The notes under the pieces were generated by a model that did no database searches, was not told the DNA's origin, and worked only from the letters and a program-made list of their open reading frames with translations. Shown piece by piece: positions 19,501 to 27,638 of a stretch of 64,000 nt of DNA; the stretch's first letter is position 1; each line of letters opens with the position of its first letter. The stretch is taken from contig JAUFOR010000004.1 of NCBI GenBank assembly GCA_040285745.1, forward strand, positions 186,001 through 250,000, given 5' to 3'. This DNA comes from Barthelona sp. PCE (Eukaryota). Position numbers and translations under genes: made by a program.

Positions 19501-21011
19501 ATAATGTGAGGAGTAACGGCCTTGAAGGTATCCCACTCTGTCCAGTCGCCGGTGCAGATGAAACGCTGGAGCAAACGGTAAAGCGTAGCGTGGGCATCGG
19601 TGTGGAGAAGTCCGTTCTTGCCAATGAAAAGGTACAAAATGTGGGAAACCTCATAGGTTTTACCAGAAAGACGAACGGTGTATTCGGGTTTGGGGGTGGT
19701 GGCACACTCAAGAGTGACAAAATTCAAGATGGTGCCAACCTGGTTGCTGAGATGCTCGGGCTTATAGTAACGGTCCCAATACTCTTCCTTCTCAAGCTGA
19801 ACATACAGGTGGTTGGCCAATGCATGTCTGAACTTATCAAGACCTGGGAAATAGCTGTGAGGATTCTTTGTTGAGGCAAAGTATTCACTGATAGTATACC
19901 AATCACTAATAACGTTACCTGTTTCCTTGTTGTAAGTATCCTTGACAGCAGTGTATTTGTACAAATTGGATTCGTCGAAATAACACTCAAGCAAACGCAT
20001 GAAAAGACTGCCAGGTTCGGTTGAGAAAGCAATACCCCTCTCACGATACTGGCTTCTGAAAGAAGATATTGACCTAAAGCTGCGATATTGAGCTGATTTG
20101 AATGCCTTAACAGCAATATCATCACCGTGATACTTGATGAAGTAAGGCATCATCTCCCAGTAGGTTGAATAAGTGTAGACCTGAGCCTTGAAGAGCTCAT
20201 CAATGAAAAATTTCGGCTCTTCGACTGCGAATTTGTGCATAATACGATTTAAAAGTTGTGATTTATGCATCTTGGATGAATTGCAAAGATATGCAACAGA
20301 GTGAATGTTTTGTCCAGATTTTATGCGGTCCAAAAAGATCTCACGAGACTTTTCAGGGGAATTAAGCACGTAGTTGTTGAAGCGGTAATGATTATGGGTT
20401 GAACCATAAAGCTGACTATCGTTATTCTTGTGCATAGCATCAGTATAAATATCATAGACAATTTCATAGAAACGAGGCTGAATGAACTCAAAGGGAATAC
20501 TCTTGCTGACGTTGAACTTATCCAGAATGTACTTCTTGGCAACGGTGGGTGAAGCGGCAATGTAGAGAGTACGCAGCTGCTTACCGCTCAAGAGCTGGTT
20601 CCATGCAGGATCGCTGATAATTGCATCAGCAATGGCTGTGTAGCGTCCGTTCTTACCGTAACGAGACAACTGAGAGAGGTATCTTGCTCGAAAAGCAACA
20701 GGTGCTGTTGAGAATACCTCAAGCAGGTTCTCCTTGGTGATCATGTGGTGAAAGAACTTGGGCTGTGTCTTGAACAGATTGGCAATGTACTTTCTGACCC
20801 AGCTGGTCTTTGTGCTGGCTGACATTCCAATCTGGTAGACTTCGTCGTAACGTTTCTTGGCGATGCTGAGATCCAAGTATATGCGCTGGGCCTTGAGAGA
20901 CGGGATGTCTGAGAATGTAATAGCATCTAAATCAATAGCGGAACTAAAGAGTTGACTGAAAAGCTCGTTATAGCGTAAATCAGCAGAGATGAGGGTTAAA
21001 AAGTTATCCAT
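16596..21011 (-). CDS. Large (1471 aa) aromatic-rich, probably alpha-solenoid hypothetical protein
   Basis: Long uninterrupted ORF; first in-frame ATG at 21011 (MDNFLT); strong codon bias in the middle part; no catalytic motif recognised. Confidence 0.8.
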   Translation of the reverse strand: MDNFLTLISADLRYNELFSQLFSSAIDLDAITFSDIPSLKAQRIYLDLSIAKKRYDEVYQIGMSASTKTSWVRKYIANLFKTQPKFFHHMITKENLLEVFSTAPVAFRARYLSQLSRYGKNGRYTAIADAIISDPAWNQLLSGKQLRTLYIAASPTVAKKYILDKFNVSKSIPFEFIQPRFYEIVYDIYTDAMHKNNDSQLYGSTHNHYRFNNYVLNSPEKSREIFLDRIKSGQNIHSVAYLCNSSKMHKSQLLNRIMHKFAVEEPKFFIDELFKAQVYTYSTYWEMMPYFIKYHGDDIAVKAFKSAQYRSFRSISSFRSQYRERGIAFSTEPGSLFMRLLECYFDESNLYKYTAVKDTYNKETGNVISDWYTISEYFASTKNPHSYFPGLDKFRHALANHLYVQLEKEEYWDRYYKPEHLSNQVGTILNFVTLECATTPKPEYTVRLSGKTYEVSHILYLFIGKNGLLHTDAHATLYRLLQRFICTGDWTEWDTFKAVTPHIIGRVPEDSYCYINIDYDHSPFFYKPETVDNLAEYFIANIDHEIMHYIYKSMNLYQFMVNHKIAPNFFPLEHMKHFFDKMMEIADIYDEKVEKRNECADTFIRYALINHHSFYTQLPYVILPHRFERGKCYTIYNLDDKRNNSTHERHDKYNKIVNYVSEECYRYVIDGLLARQATASTDMSILQHIFNSLIHTLISRRVWNYAEKQLCFDNQELVRQYSLDQYISLCNGSTFTALRMLCVDATDMPGPDKVYPIARPKARHKVVKGYQDPLTNSRIITRSDFVSKMYRISSVYDIPNVERFDSLAIQVRDEIAYYFDPLDKLFGLYADLEELDRDISEMSDRDIEDEEAEAEYKEMLQSRRDLVESISDLINSTLDLNEINNMLRTLQFSLRFSTTFLNEEFVKRIIGFTHLSNRAFTNSNILELFKRVIFILGRIMCLTDLSFAEMARSALLTALTIPKSAPFVRTLLEGYVMHTSVEEQKRLFDDLIALAYSDEWRFGITPMKMIIGVVQALSRQNAGVNPAAFLKVMWDQETMAVDVRLVLLNFAVDQISLMLNKGWSDSVFESEYWQLVGLAARRFYGVVVIVERIVEFITFLYNKIGTEHWNDAFNCVVGHWLCPIMEKEFRDTRTDYKNVEIVLNSIINASLHNQGYSLVNVSLPDRFLQFCEQYAQPIFRYFSRFTEMICLVFSQRRDSKRLLKMLEPLKDTFRENLTVSIEQHLAKARDRTHQLYVPFLNNNLVAQKLTDVCKYYLKDDIALTREFFRTISTFMLECYNEIDGFHIGEVWWKTFIAGYHELIPAIKAVLKLYSGELKLPHISYNGNHFSLLGALMYVEVRSETVDNMCKAMKLIEDSDLKSCLKLRWMTIMLKVFTDGGIGYSGTYLYPSSYIDRIPLETFLRARVSDTSYFNVLTRFLDMIRAGTYYTSMSRDSVSAFRIGTKRIASKKDIEPYIRPIIRPDHEENTTE

Positions 21012-21090
21012 CTTATGTTTGCCAACAAAAATAAGTGATAAGGGATAGAAAAAGAGTTTGAGTTTGTAAGAATTTTGAATTCTCCTCAAG

Positions 21091-21458
21091 ATGGTAAATG
21101 TGTTTGGTTCGCCCAGGCAACACTCAGCAATGGAAGAATTTGAGCATTGGCCAAGCTTTGAATGTGGATACTCATCAAGATCAAACGTTGTTTCACTGTA
21201 TTAGAACGCAGGGCCGCTTGCTCGCCCACAAAACTCGGTGGGGCAGACACGAATGTGCCGTAAAAGCACAACACAACGTGAATTTTTTTCCAGACCTGTG
21301 AAGGATTAGGTCCGATAATCATGTGCTGTACGAGCATAAATGCTCTGACAAGCACCCATCAAGTCAGAGATTACCATTTACTTGTTCAAGTTGACAATTC
21401 TTAGAAATGAGTTCTAAACCATCGGCTTCAGATGGCCTTGCAAAGCTTTATAATTGCA
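21091..21458. ncRNA. Candidate multi-hairpin structured non-coding element
   Basis: GC-richer spacer with about 8 adjacent hairpins and a long-range ATGGTAA/TTACCAT inverted repeat (21091-97/21371-77). Confidence 0.35.
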
Positions 21459-21531
21459 GAGTGCACGCAGTCTATAAGCATAATAAGTTTCGAAATGTCT
21501 GTTCTGTCCAGAGAGTAAATGAACGCGATTA

Positions 21532-23448
21532 TTAAAATGATTGTAAGTTAGTAATGTCTAACAATTTTTGAGTTGCTTGGTTTTTTGTTGGCAGTGGGTC
21601 ATATATATTAGGCGAACTAGATGCAGTTCTTTTTTGAACAAAATGATCAAATTTTGTGGCTGTAATTTCTTTTGGCTTTGAATGAATCCTGCACTTAACT
21701 ACGTTATCTTCCTTTTTCAATATAATCGTCACTTTGCCATCATTAACATCTTCTATACAGCCATTAGTGTTCTCTTCAAAGTGCTTAAAATCAGCTACTT
21801 TTTCATCATCAATTCCATACGCCTTAAAAAGTGTGTGCAATGTGCTTTTAGCATTAATACCAATCAATTCAGGTGCATTAAACCAATAGACGTCTTGATG
21901 TTTCACTTGAGAAGAGCTTAATAACTCATTCAAGTTTTTAGGAAGGCTGTTAATCATGTTTCTTTTGGAGTGAATGCCTGATGTAACAATCATTAAGTTA
22001 CGTTCAATGGCATACGTACTAATGATGTTGTCCTCTGAACCATGATGAGGAGCAACCATAATATTCACTGGTTGAAAGTAACCACCAGGACAAAAATTTT
22101 CCATAATTCTTTTCATTTCCATATCACCAGTGAAAAGGATACGTCTAACTTCACCTTCCTGTAGAAATTCAACTTGAACAGCAAAAGAACTTTTGTTTTC
22201 ATCTTGATTATAAGGTGGTACAAAAAGCGTAATTCTTGATGACATGTCAACCTTTGTATGAACTGAATATCCTTCACAGTCAAATAATTCACGCTCTTCA
22301 AAACCCTTAAAATGCCAATCTTCTGAACACCTCTGTATCAATCTAAACTCTTCACAATCTTCAGAATTATTATATAATGATTTAATTCCTGCAGTGTTTC
22401 CTGTATGGTCTTCATGCATGTGAGTATGATACACTTCAACATGCTCATCTTCCTTCTTTTTCAGTATTCCTTTTTCTTTGAGAAACTCTGCTACACCTCT
22501 ATGTTTTTTACCTGTGTCAATTATTAGAACTTTATCAACATCTTTGTAATCTTTAATGCGCAAGACACAGAATGTATGAATGGAAGAAATAGGAAGAGTT
22601 ACAATGTGAGCTTGAAATTCCTTTATAGAGATGAATCCGTATTTCAAACGTTCAAACTCATTATTCAACTGATCACTCCAATAAGACAGCTTCTTTTTTA
22701 ATTTTTCAAACTGATGATTATGGTCTTTAAACTCTAAAAAAGCTTCTTCAAATATTTTAATTAAACTTTGTGCTTCATTTAATGATTTCCTTGGATTAAA
22801 ATGCATGTTAATAAACTTTTGACATTCATTTAGCTTTTTCTTGCACTTGTTTAGCTCATCTAAACAGTTAAAAAACGTTGAAACAGAATTTTTTACGTAT
22901 GTAAAATAAGAATAATCTGGAAATGATAGTTTGTTAAGAAAATCTTTCCTTATGCTTGAAGCATTGGAATGTAACTGTAACAGCAATTCATCTTGCAGAA
23001 ATCTATTCAAAACTGATTTAAAGATATTCACTGCTTGAACGTGAAAATTTTGATACATATCTTCATATTCATTCAGCTTTCTTTTCAAATCACGAATATT
23101 AACGTCACCTATTTCAGTTCCCTTATACTCATTAAATAAACTGTCCACCTTATTAAAGAGGTTATTGTAATTATCTGCATCCTCAAAAGAATAATCATCA
23201 TTTTTTGGAAACAAGAATTTTTTTTGCTTTCCTCTATTTTCAACCAGTTTCTTAAAGTGCTTGAAAGTTTCATACAATGTACCATAATTTTCTTCACACT
23301 TTAAAAAAGCAAAGTAACACGTAACGAAGAGATTACTAATTGCTTCATCATTTTCATAAATAATTATTTGAGCTCCTTTAATACGGAAAAGCAGGTTCTC
23401 AATGTCTTTTAGCCATTTTTTGAAGAAACAATTCTCTGAATTAGACAT
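21532..23448 (-). CDS. Coiled-coil + ComEC/Rec2-like metallo-beta-lactamase-fold hydrolase (probable nuclease)
   Basis: IIDTG, HTHMHEDH (HxHxDH), LFTGD and PHHGS motifs in the ComEC-MBL order; clearly more AT-rich than neighbouring genes. Confidence 0.8.
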   Translation of the reverse strand: MSNSENCFFKKWLKDIENLLFRIKGAQIIIYENDEAISNLFVTCYFAFLKCEENYGTLYETFKHFKKLVENRGKQKKFLFPKNDDYSFEDADNYNNLFNKVDSLFNEYKGTEIGDVNIRDLKRKLNEYEDMYQNFHVQAVNIFKSVLNRFLQDELLLQLHSNASSIRKDFLNKLSFPDYSYFTYVKNSVSTFFNCLDELNKCKKKLNECQKFINMHFNPRKSLNEAQSLIKIFEEAFLEFKDHNHQFEKLKKKLSYWSDQLNNEFERLKYGFISIKEFQAHIVTLPISSIHTFCVLRIKDYKDVDKVLIIDTGKKHRGVAEFLKEKGILKKKEDEHVEVYHTHMHEDHTGNTAGIKSLYNNSEDCEEFRLIQRCSEDWHFKGFEERELFDCEGYSVHTKVDMSSRITLFVPPYNQDENKSSFAVQVEFLQEGEVRRILFTGDMEMKRIMENFCPGGYFQPVNIMVAPHHGSEDNIISTYAIERNLMIVTSGIHSKRNMINSLPKNLNELLSSSQVKHQDVYWFNAPELIGINAKSTLHTLFKAYGIDDEKVADFKHFEENTNGCIEDVNDGKVTIILKKEDNVVKCRIHSKPKEITATKFDHFVQKRTASSSPNIYDPLPTKNQATQKLLDITNLQSF

Positions 23449-23672
23449 TAACTAAGTGATAAAAGATTAAAAATATTAAACACCCACTTTTTTGGTTGAA
23501 GCATATTATTGTTGTTCGCCTTCTCTCGTTCATTAATGTCATGACCCATGTCATATCATTTGTAAAATCATTCTGAACTGAAAATTTTTTTGTGAATGCA
23601 AATCTCTTTATAAATGGTGTTTTTAAGCCATCTGTCAATTCTAAATCATTTTTCAGAAGGTTACTATTTACC

Positions 23673-23935
23673 AACCCCAGTCTTTATTCTCTTCCCGAGT
23701 CTCGTTAACAGGTTGTAGGGCCTGGATACCTACTGCTCTGCGCTGGGGTTTATCCATGCTGGCTGAGGCCTGACATTGTTCTGCACTACATCAATAAAGA
23801 CGTTTAAAACCCATCAGCACTCAGAATAGGGCCTGTAGGGCTTGCCTTTGGGAATATATGAGATTGTATTGGTGATAGTGGAGGGATGCGAAACGCGTTT
23901 TTGCTCCTCCAATAGCTCTCTCAACTAAACTCTCA
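23673..23935. ncRNA. Candidate pseudoknot-containing structured element, possibly the long 3' UTR of the 442-aa ORF
   Basis: Nested stems 23680-88/23793-801, 23714-18/23786-90, 23719-23/23766-70, 23724-28/23751-55. Loop sequence CTGGGGTT (23743-50) is complementary to flanking AACCCCAG (23673-80). Confidence 0.45.
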
Positions 23936-23953
23936 AGTGTGAAACTCATCATC

Positions 23954-25282
23954 TCACCTTCTCCTGCCCCGCCGACTCCTCCTGGTTTTCTTCCGTTTGA
24001 AATCCTCAGGGGGGGCGACGTAGAGCTTCGGAGAGTTGGGGAGGTGTCTGACAAGAAAATTTATCTCATTCACACAACTTGCAATAGCTGAGGTGTCGGT
24101 TTCCGAGATTTTTTCCAAGGCCTTCATGAAATCAGAGTTTCTATGGCCGATCCAGCGGCTGATGGTGGCGAGCATGACGGGGCGATTTTTCTCCGAGACT
24201 TTGTCGCTGCCTATGACTGCCATCAAGTCTAGGATACAGTGGAGGAATGCCACTGGGACTGCAGTTTTTAGACGACTAGCGTGGTATTGTCTTCTCTTCC
24301 AAGAATTTTCAGGGTTGCCGAGGACTCTAATGCTATTGTTTATGGTTTGGTGCCAAAATAAGGGGTTAGAGTTGATCTTATTCTTGTCTAGGACGGCTTC
24401 AATCCCCGGGAAGCTTTCACAGTTGTAGTAATCTGTTTGGCAATACCTGAAAATTAATTCGAGTACCGCATTCAGTTCTTCCAAGGCTGGCTCGTCAGGC
24501 TTGGGCTGCTCCGTCAGCAGGGTAATGAAGTTGTTTATCCTTTCCATGGCCTCGGGGTCAAATGGGCGGGCAAACGCTTTCGCCATGGCTGGGTCTGTGC
24601 CTTGTGATACAACGAAGGTGGGAGCGTCTTGCTCCATCAGCGCTTCCTCGACATACCGGGATATGTCGCCCGAATTCCCCCTGAATGTAGCGTTAATCTC
24701 TTCACGCATTTCCATGATGTCACTCATGGGCAGGGGTTTGAGGACCGCCTCAAAAGCGGCCTCATCGAAGTCACTGGTCGCCTGGAGCTTCCTACGTGCA
24801 CCCCGTGCAAATTTCCTGACACGGTCGTGCAGAGGATACACAAGCTTAAAAAGCATGTCCCAGGCATTTTGTGCGACTCCCGAACACGACCTCCTAAGGT
24901 CGGTTGTTGCCTTTCTTATTTCGGCCGCGGTGGCCTCCGCGGTGGGCATGCCCATAAAGAGAAGCAGTAACGCGTACTTCTCCCTTTCACCGTCCTCGCT
25001 GCTGCCTCTGTCCCACACCGCGGTGGGGATGGGCTCATTGTGGTTTAGCAGCGGGATCTCATCTACAGTGTGCACCAGCGATGCCAAGAGGACGGGTAGT
25101 ACACTCTTGCACAGGTGGGACGCTTTCTTGAGCTTCCAGAGCTCTGGACTATCCTTGAGGCTATACATGGCCTCAAAGACCATCTCTGCCATGTCCACGA
25201 CCCTCCTCACGGGCTCCTTGTAGTCTGTTTTTAAATTTCTAAAACTTAAACATTCTATTCCCTCATTTACATAACTCGACAT
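23954..25282 (-). CDS. Orphan 442-aa helical protein with a basic C-terminal tail
   Basis: ATG ORF; body GC-rich relative to flanks; ends KRKKTRRSRRGRRR; no family recognised. Confidence 0.65.
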   Translation of the reverse strand: MSSYVNEGIECLSFRNLKTDYKEPVRRVVDMAEMVFEAMYSLKDSPELWKLKKASHLCKSVLPVLLASLVHTVDEIPLLNHNEPIPTAVWDRGSSEDGEREKYALLLLFMGMPTAEATAAEIRKATTDLRRSCSGVAQNAWDMLFKLVYPLHDRVRKFARGARRKLQATSDFDEAAFEAVLKPLPMSDIMEMREEINATFRGNSGDISRYVEEALMEQDAPTFVVSQGTDPAMAKAFARPFDPEAMERINNFITLLTEQPKPDEPALEELNAVLELIFRYCQTDYYNCESFPGIEAVLDKNKINSNPLFWHQTINNSIRVLGNPENSWKRRQYHASRLKTAVPVAFLHCILDLMAVIGSDKVSEKNRPVMLATISRWIGHRNSDFMKALEKISETDTSAIASCVNEINFLVRHLPNSPKLYVAPPEDFKRKKTRRSRRGRRR

Positions 25283-25487
25283 TGAACAAAGGATTTAAAT
25301 CTCAATGTATATCAATCTTTGACGGGTTATTTTTAAATTCAGGAAAGAAATCCTAAAACAGGTTGCAAGAATGGATTTGTTAATTAACTTTTTGATTGCT
25401 TTTTGATTCATTATTGATTGTTTTTTGATTGTTTCAATTAGCACTCCTAAGAGGTTTCCACATTGCTTTTCTCCTTTTTTTCTGATT

Positions 25488-25569
25488 ATCAGTGTGCACC
25501 GAGCGGTTAAGGGGTGGGTCTCAAGATCCCATGCGTAATGCATCGCAGGTTCGAATCCTGTCACTGATA
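25488..25569 (+). tRNA. tRNA-Leu(CAA)
   Basis: Acceptor ATCAGTG/CACTGAT plus discriminator A, D-loop GAGCGGTTAA, anticodon loop CT-CAA-GA, long variable arm TGC-GTAAT-GCA, T arm GCAGG-TTCGAAT-CCTGT, followed by a T-run terminator. Confidence 0.9.
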
Positions 25570-25581
25570 TTTTTGCCTTTG

Positions 25582-25627
25582 CTTTTTTACTGCCAAAATA
25601 ATATCTTTTTTACTGCCAAAATAATAT
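25582..25627. repeat. Perfect 23-nt tandem duplication between the two tRNA genes
   Basis: CTTTTTTACTGCCAAAATAATAT twice (25582-604, 25605-627). Confidence 0.9.
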
Positions 25628-25635
25628 TATAAAAA

Positions 25636-25709
25636 TATTGAGACCCGGATTTGAACCGGGGACCCCCTGCGTGTTAGGCAGATGCTCTAACCAACTGAGC
25701 TATCCCAAC
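25636..25709 (-). tRNA. tRNA-Val(AAC)
   Basis: Reverse complement reads GTTGGGA TA GCTC AGTTGGTTA GAGC A TCTGC CT-AAC-AC GCAGG GGGTC CCCGG TTCAAAT CCGGG TCTCAAT A, followed by TTTTT. AAC (IAC) is the eukaryotic-type Val anticodon. Confidence 0.95.
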
Positions 25710-26422
25710 ATCTTTCGACGGAAATGATATGACTGTAATGTCTTTAATTTTTACCTAAATCAAAAAAATGAAAGTAGTAAAAGAAGGACCTAGAGCTTAA
25801 AAAAGGCTTTAAACGTACTGTTAAGCCATTTTTAAAGCTAATAATTTGTCAAGAAAGTCCCTAATTATTCATAAAAAAAAGATTATAAATATCACCATTC
25901 TTTTAAATTATGTTAATTTATAATGTTAATTTATAATCTATATTATATATCTACCATAAGAGAGAAATAATTAGATAATTAGTGGGATATACGTTAAGAA
26001 TTTTTATAAACTTTTTTATAAACGATTCTATGCCACTTTATAATACAAAATACAATTAAAAACAAACTTTTAATTGATATTTTGCTTATATATTAAGTAA
26101 TGATATTCAACATTAAAACCTGCTTAAATTTCTAATCTTTTTCCAAAATTTTTCTTATGAGTTTTTGTTCTTAATTTCGTATGTAAGCATCGTAAATAAT
26201 TGTTATAGGAGTATTTATGAGATAAAAATTGTTGAATATGTAATCAGGGAGTAACAACTTCAAAAAATCTTGTACTTACCATTAACGGTGCAAAATTTTG
26301 GAAATATTGGTTAAATCTATAATAGTAATGATGTTTATATCATTAAAAAAGGTACCATTGTATTGAAGGGACGAATAACTTTTCTCTTCTATTTCAGGTT
26401 ATTTACTTTCATAATATTGAAA

Positions 26423-26977
26423 ATGGAGGACGAAAACCTTGACTTAGGGACATTTAGCATATTATATAGCGCAGAATCAGGTCAAGAATTAACACATGTT
26501 TTTTTTGAGTCATTTCGTGATCCTGAATCAATTGAAGTGCACGAATATATTGTTGAGCATTTGGGAACAGATATTTTAAAGGCACAGGATCTTGCAAAAG
26601 CAGTGTGTGCGTTTTTTTCTTTTGTACTCAGTGAGAATCTTAGGAGCAAGAGGAAAATCGCTTCCCTACTTCCAGAAGACCTCCCAGAAGACCTTGTAGT
26701 GGGGATAGTCGAATTCACAGTGAAGTACTATGCTGCATTACAAAGTATTAGCATCGATAAAGAGGTAAGGTTGCCCAAATTGGTCAGTTTTGATTACCAG
26801 TTGCGATGGTGGACCGCTACAGAGAACATTGAAGGTATTTCTCAGCCTTCAGCCTTGTGCTTTTTAGAAACTGAAAAGGATAAGATCAGTTTTGAGCTCA
26901 CACAAGATAGTTTGAATGTTCTACTGTCTGGAATGCGTAAGATATCTGACCAAGTGCAAGGGTTATCTCAAGAATAA
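26423..26977 (+). CDS. COMM domain-containing protein
   Basis: Helical N-domain, then LPKLVSFDYQLRW...QPSALCFL...ISFELTQDSLNVLLSGMRKISDQ, typical of COMM domains; first ATG at 26423. Confidence 0.8.
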   Translation: MEDENLDLGTFSILYSAESGQELTHVFFESFRDPESIEVHEYIVEHLGTDILKAQDLAKAVCAFFSFVLSENLRSKRKIASLLPEDLPEDLVVGIVEFTVKYYAALQSISIDKEVRLPKLVSFDYQLRWWTATENIEGISQPSALCFLETEKDKISFELTQDSLNVLLSGMRKISDQVQGLSQE

Positions 26978-27167
26978 TTTTTATTTTAATCTCTTTTGTT
27001 TGAGCTGGAATTGTACTGTAAAAGACCTGCTTGTATTTTCTGATTCTTTTATGCCATGTTCACGACGGTTTTATGCTAATTGATGGATTATATTCCCTAA
27101 AGGAAGGTTAAATTATCTTAATATTTTGAAGAAACACTGTTTCAAAAATTATATTCCATATCAACCG

Positions 27168-27638
27168 ATGAATATACTTAAAGTTCGCGGAATTGAATGT
27201 CGTAGGCTAAATATACATCATTGTGATGACCAATATTGTTCTCATTCGTCAAATCTATTTTCAAAACGAATTGTTATTCCACGTCATTTAAACTTCTCAG
27301 GAGCACAAGAACATCTTTTATTACACGTATTTCGTAACTACTACATTCATATTGTTGAGTGTTTGAAGGTTCCAATCGTATTGGTATTAAACAAAAACCT
27401 CGATATTGTGCATTGGGTTCCTTTAGAACGTTATCCGCAACTCAAACACCATGAAATGCGTCAACTGGGCTCTGATTTATGTTGCAGGTTAAATAAGAAA
27501 TGGTATACTATTATAAAAACAGACGAAGTTCCACAGCCTGGTGTTGTTAAGCAACCCATTAAACTTGATTTGTTTCCTCGTAAAAAGGCAAACAAGCGGC
27601 GGTTAAAGAAAAAACGACGCAAGAATGTTATGAGATAA
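27168..27638 (+). CDS. Hypothetical basic protein (156 aa)
   Basis: ATG at 27168; K/R-rich C-terminus; 3' end overlaps the convergent gene by 11 nt. Confidence 0.45.
   Translation: MNILKVRGIECRRLNIHHCDDQYCSHSSNLFSKRIVIPRHLNFSGAQEHLLLHVFRNYYIHIVECLKVPIVLVLNKNLDIVHWVPLERYPQLKHHEMRQLGSDLCCRLNKKWYTIIKTDEVPQPGVVKQPIKLDLFPRKKANKRRLKKKRRKNVMR

Noticed and set aside
21102-21190. HDV-like ribozyme suggested by minus-strand GCGAA after a long hairpin
   Set aside because: P1, P2, P3 and P1.1 cannot be built in the required order.
23671-23679. CCAACCCCA as a telomerase template for TTGGGG (also CCTAAAACCT on minus near 16324-33)
   Set aside because: The telomere repeat of this organism is unknown and motifs this short arise by chance.
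23954-25282. 442-aa ORF as a non-LTR retrotransposon endonuclease (LHDRV resembling RHD) or as Fanzor/TnpB
   Set aside because: No zinc knuckle, PD-D/ExK, RT or RuvC motifs are recognisable.
25516-25545. Reading the Leu tRNA anticodon as TCA (Sec or suppressor)
   Set aside because: A 7-nt loop centred on TCA breaks the anticodon stem; CAA with discriminator A fits Leu.
25295-25564. 89-aa minus-strand ORF (MTGFEPA...)
   Set aside because: It is the antisense reading of tRNA-Leu plus AT-rich spacer.
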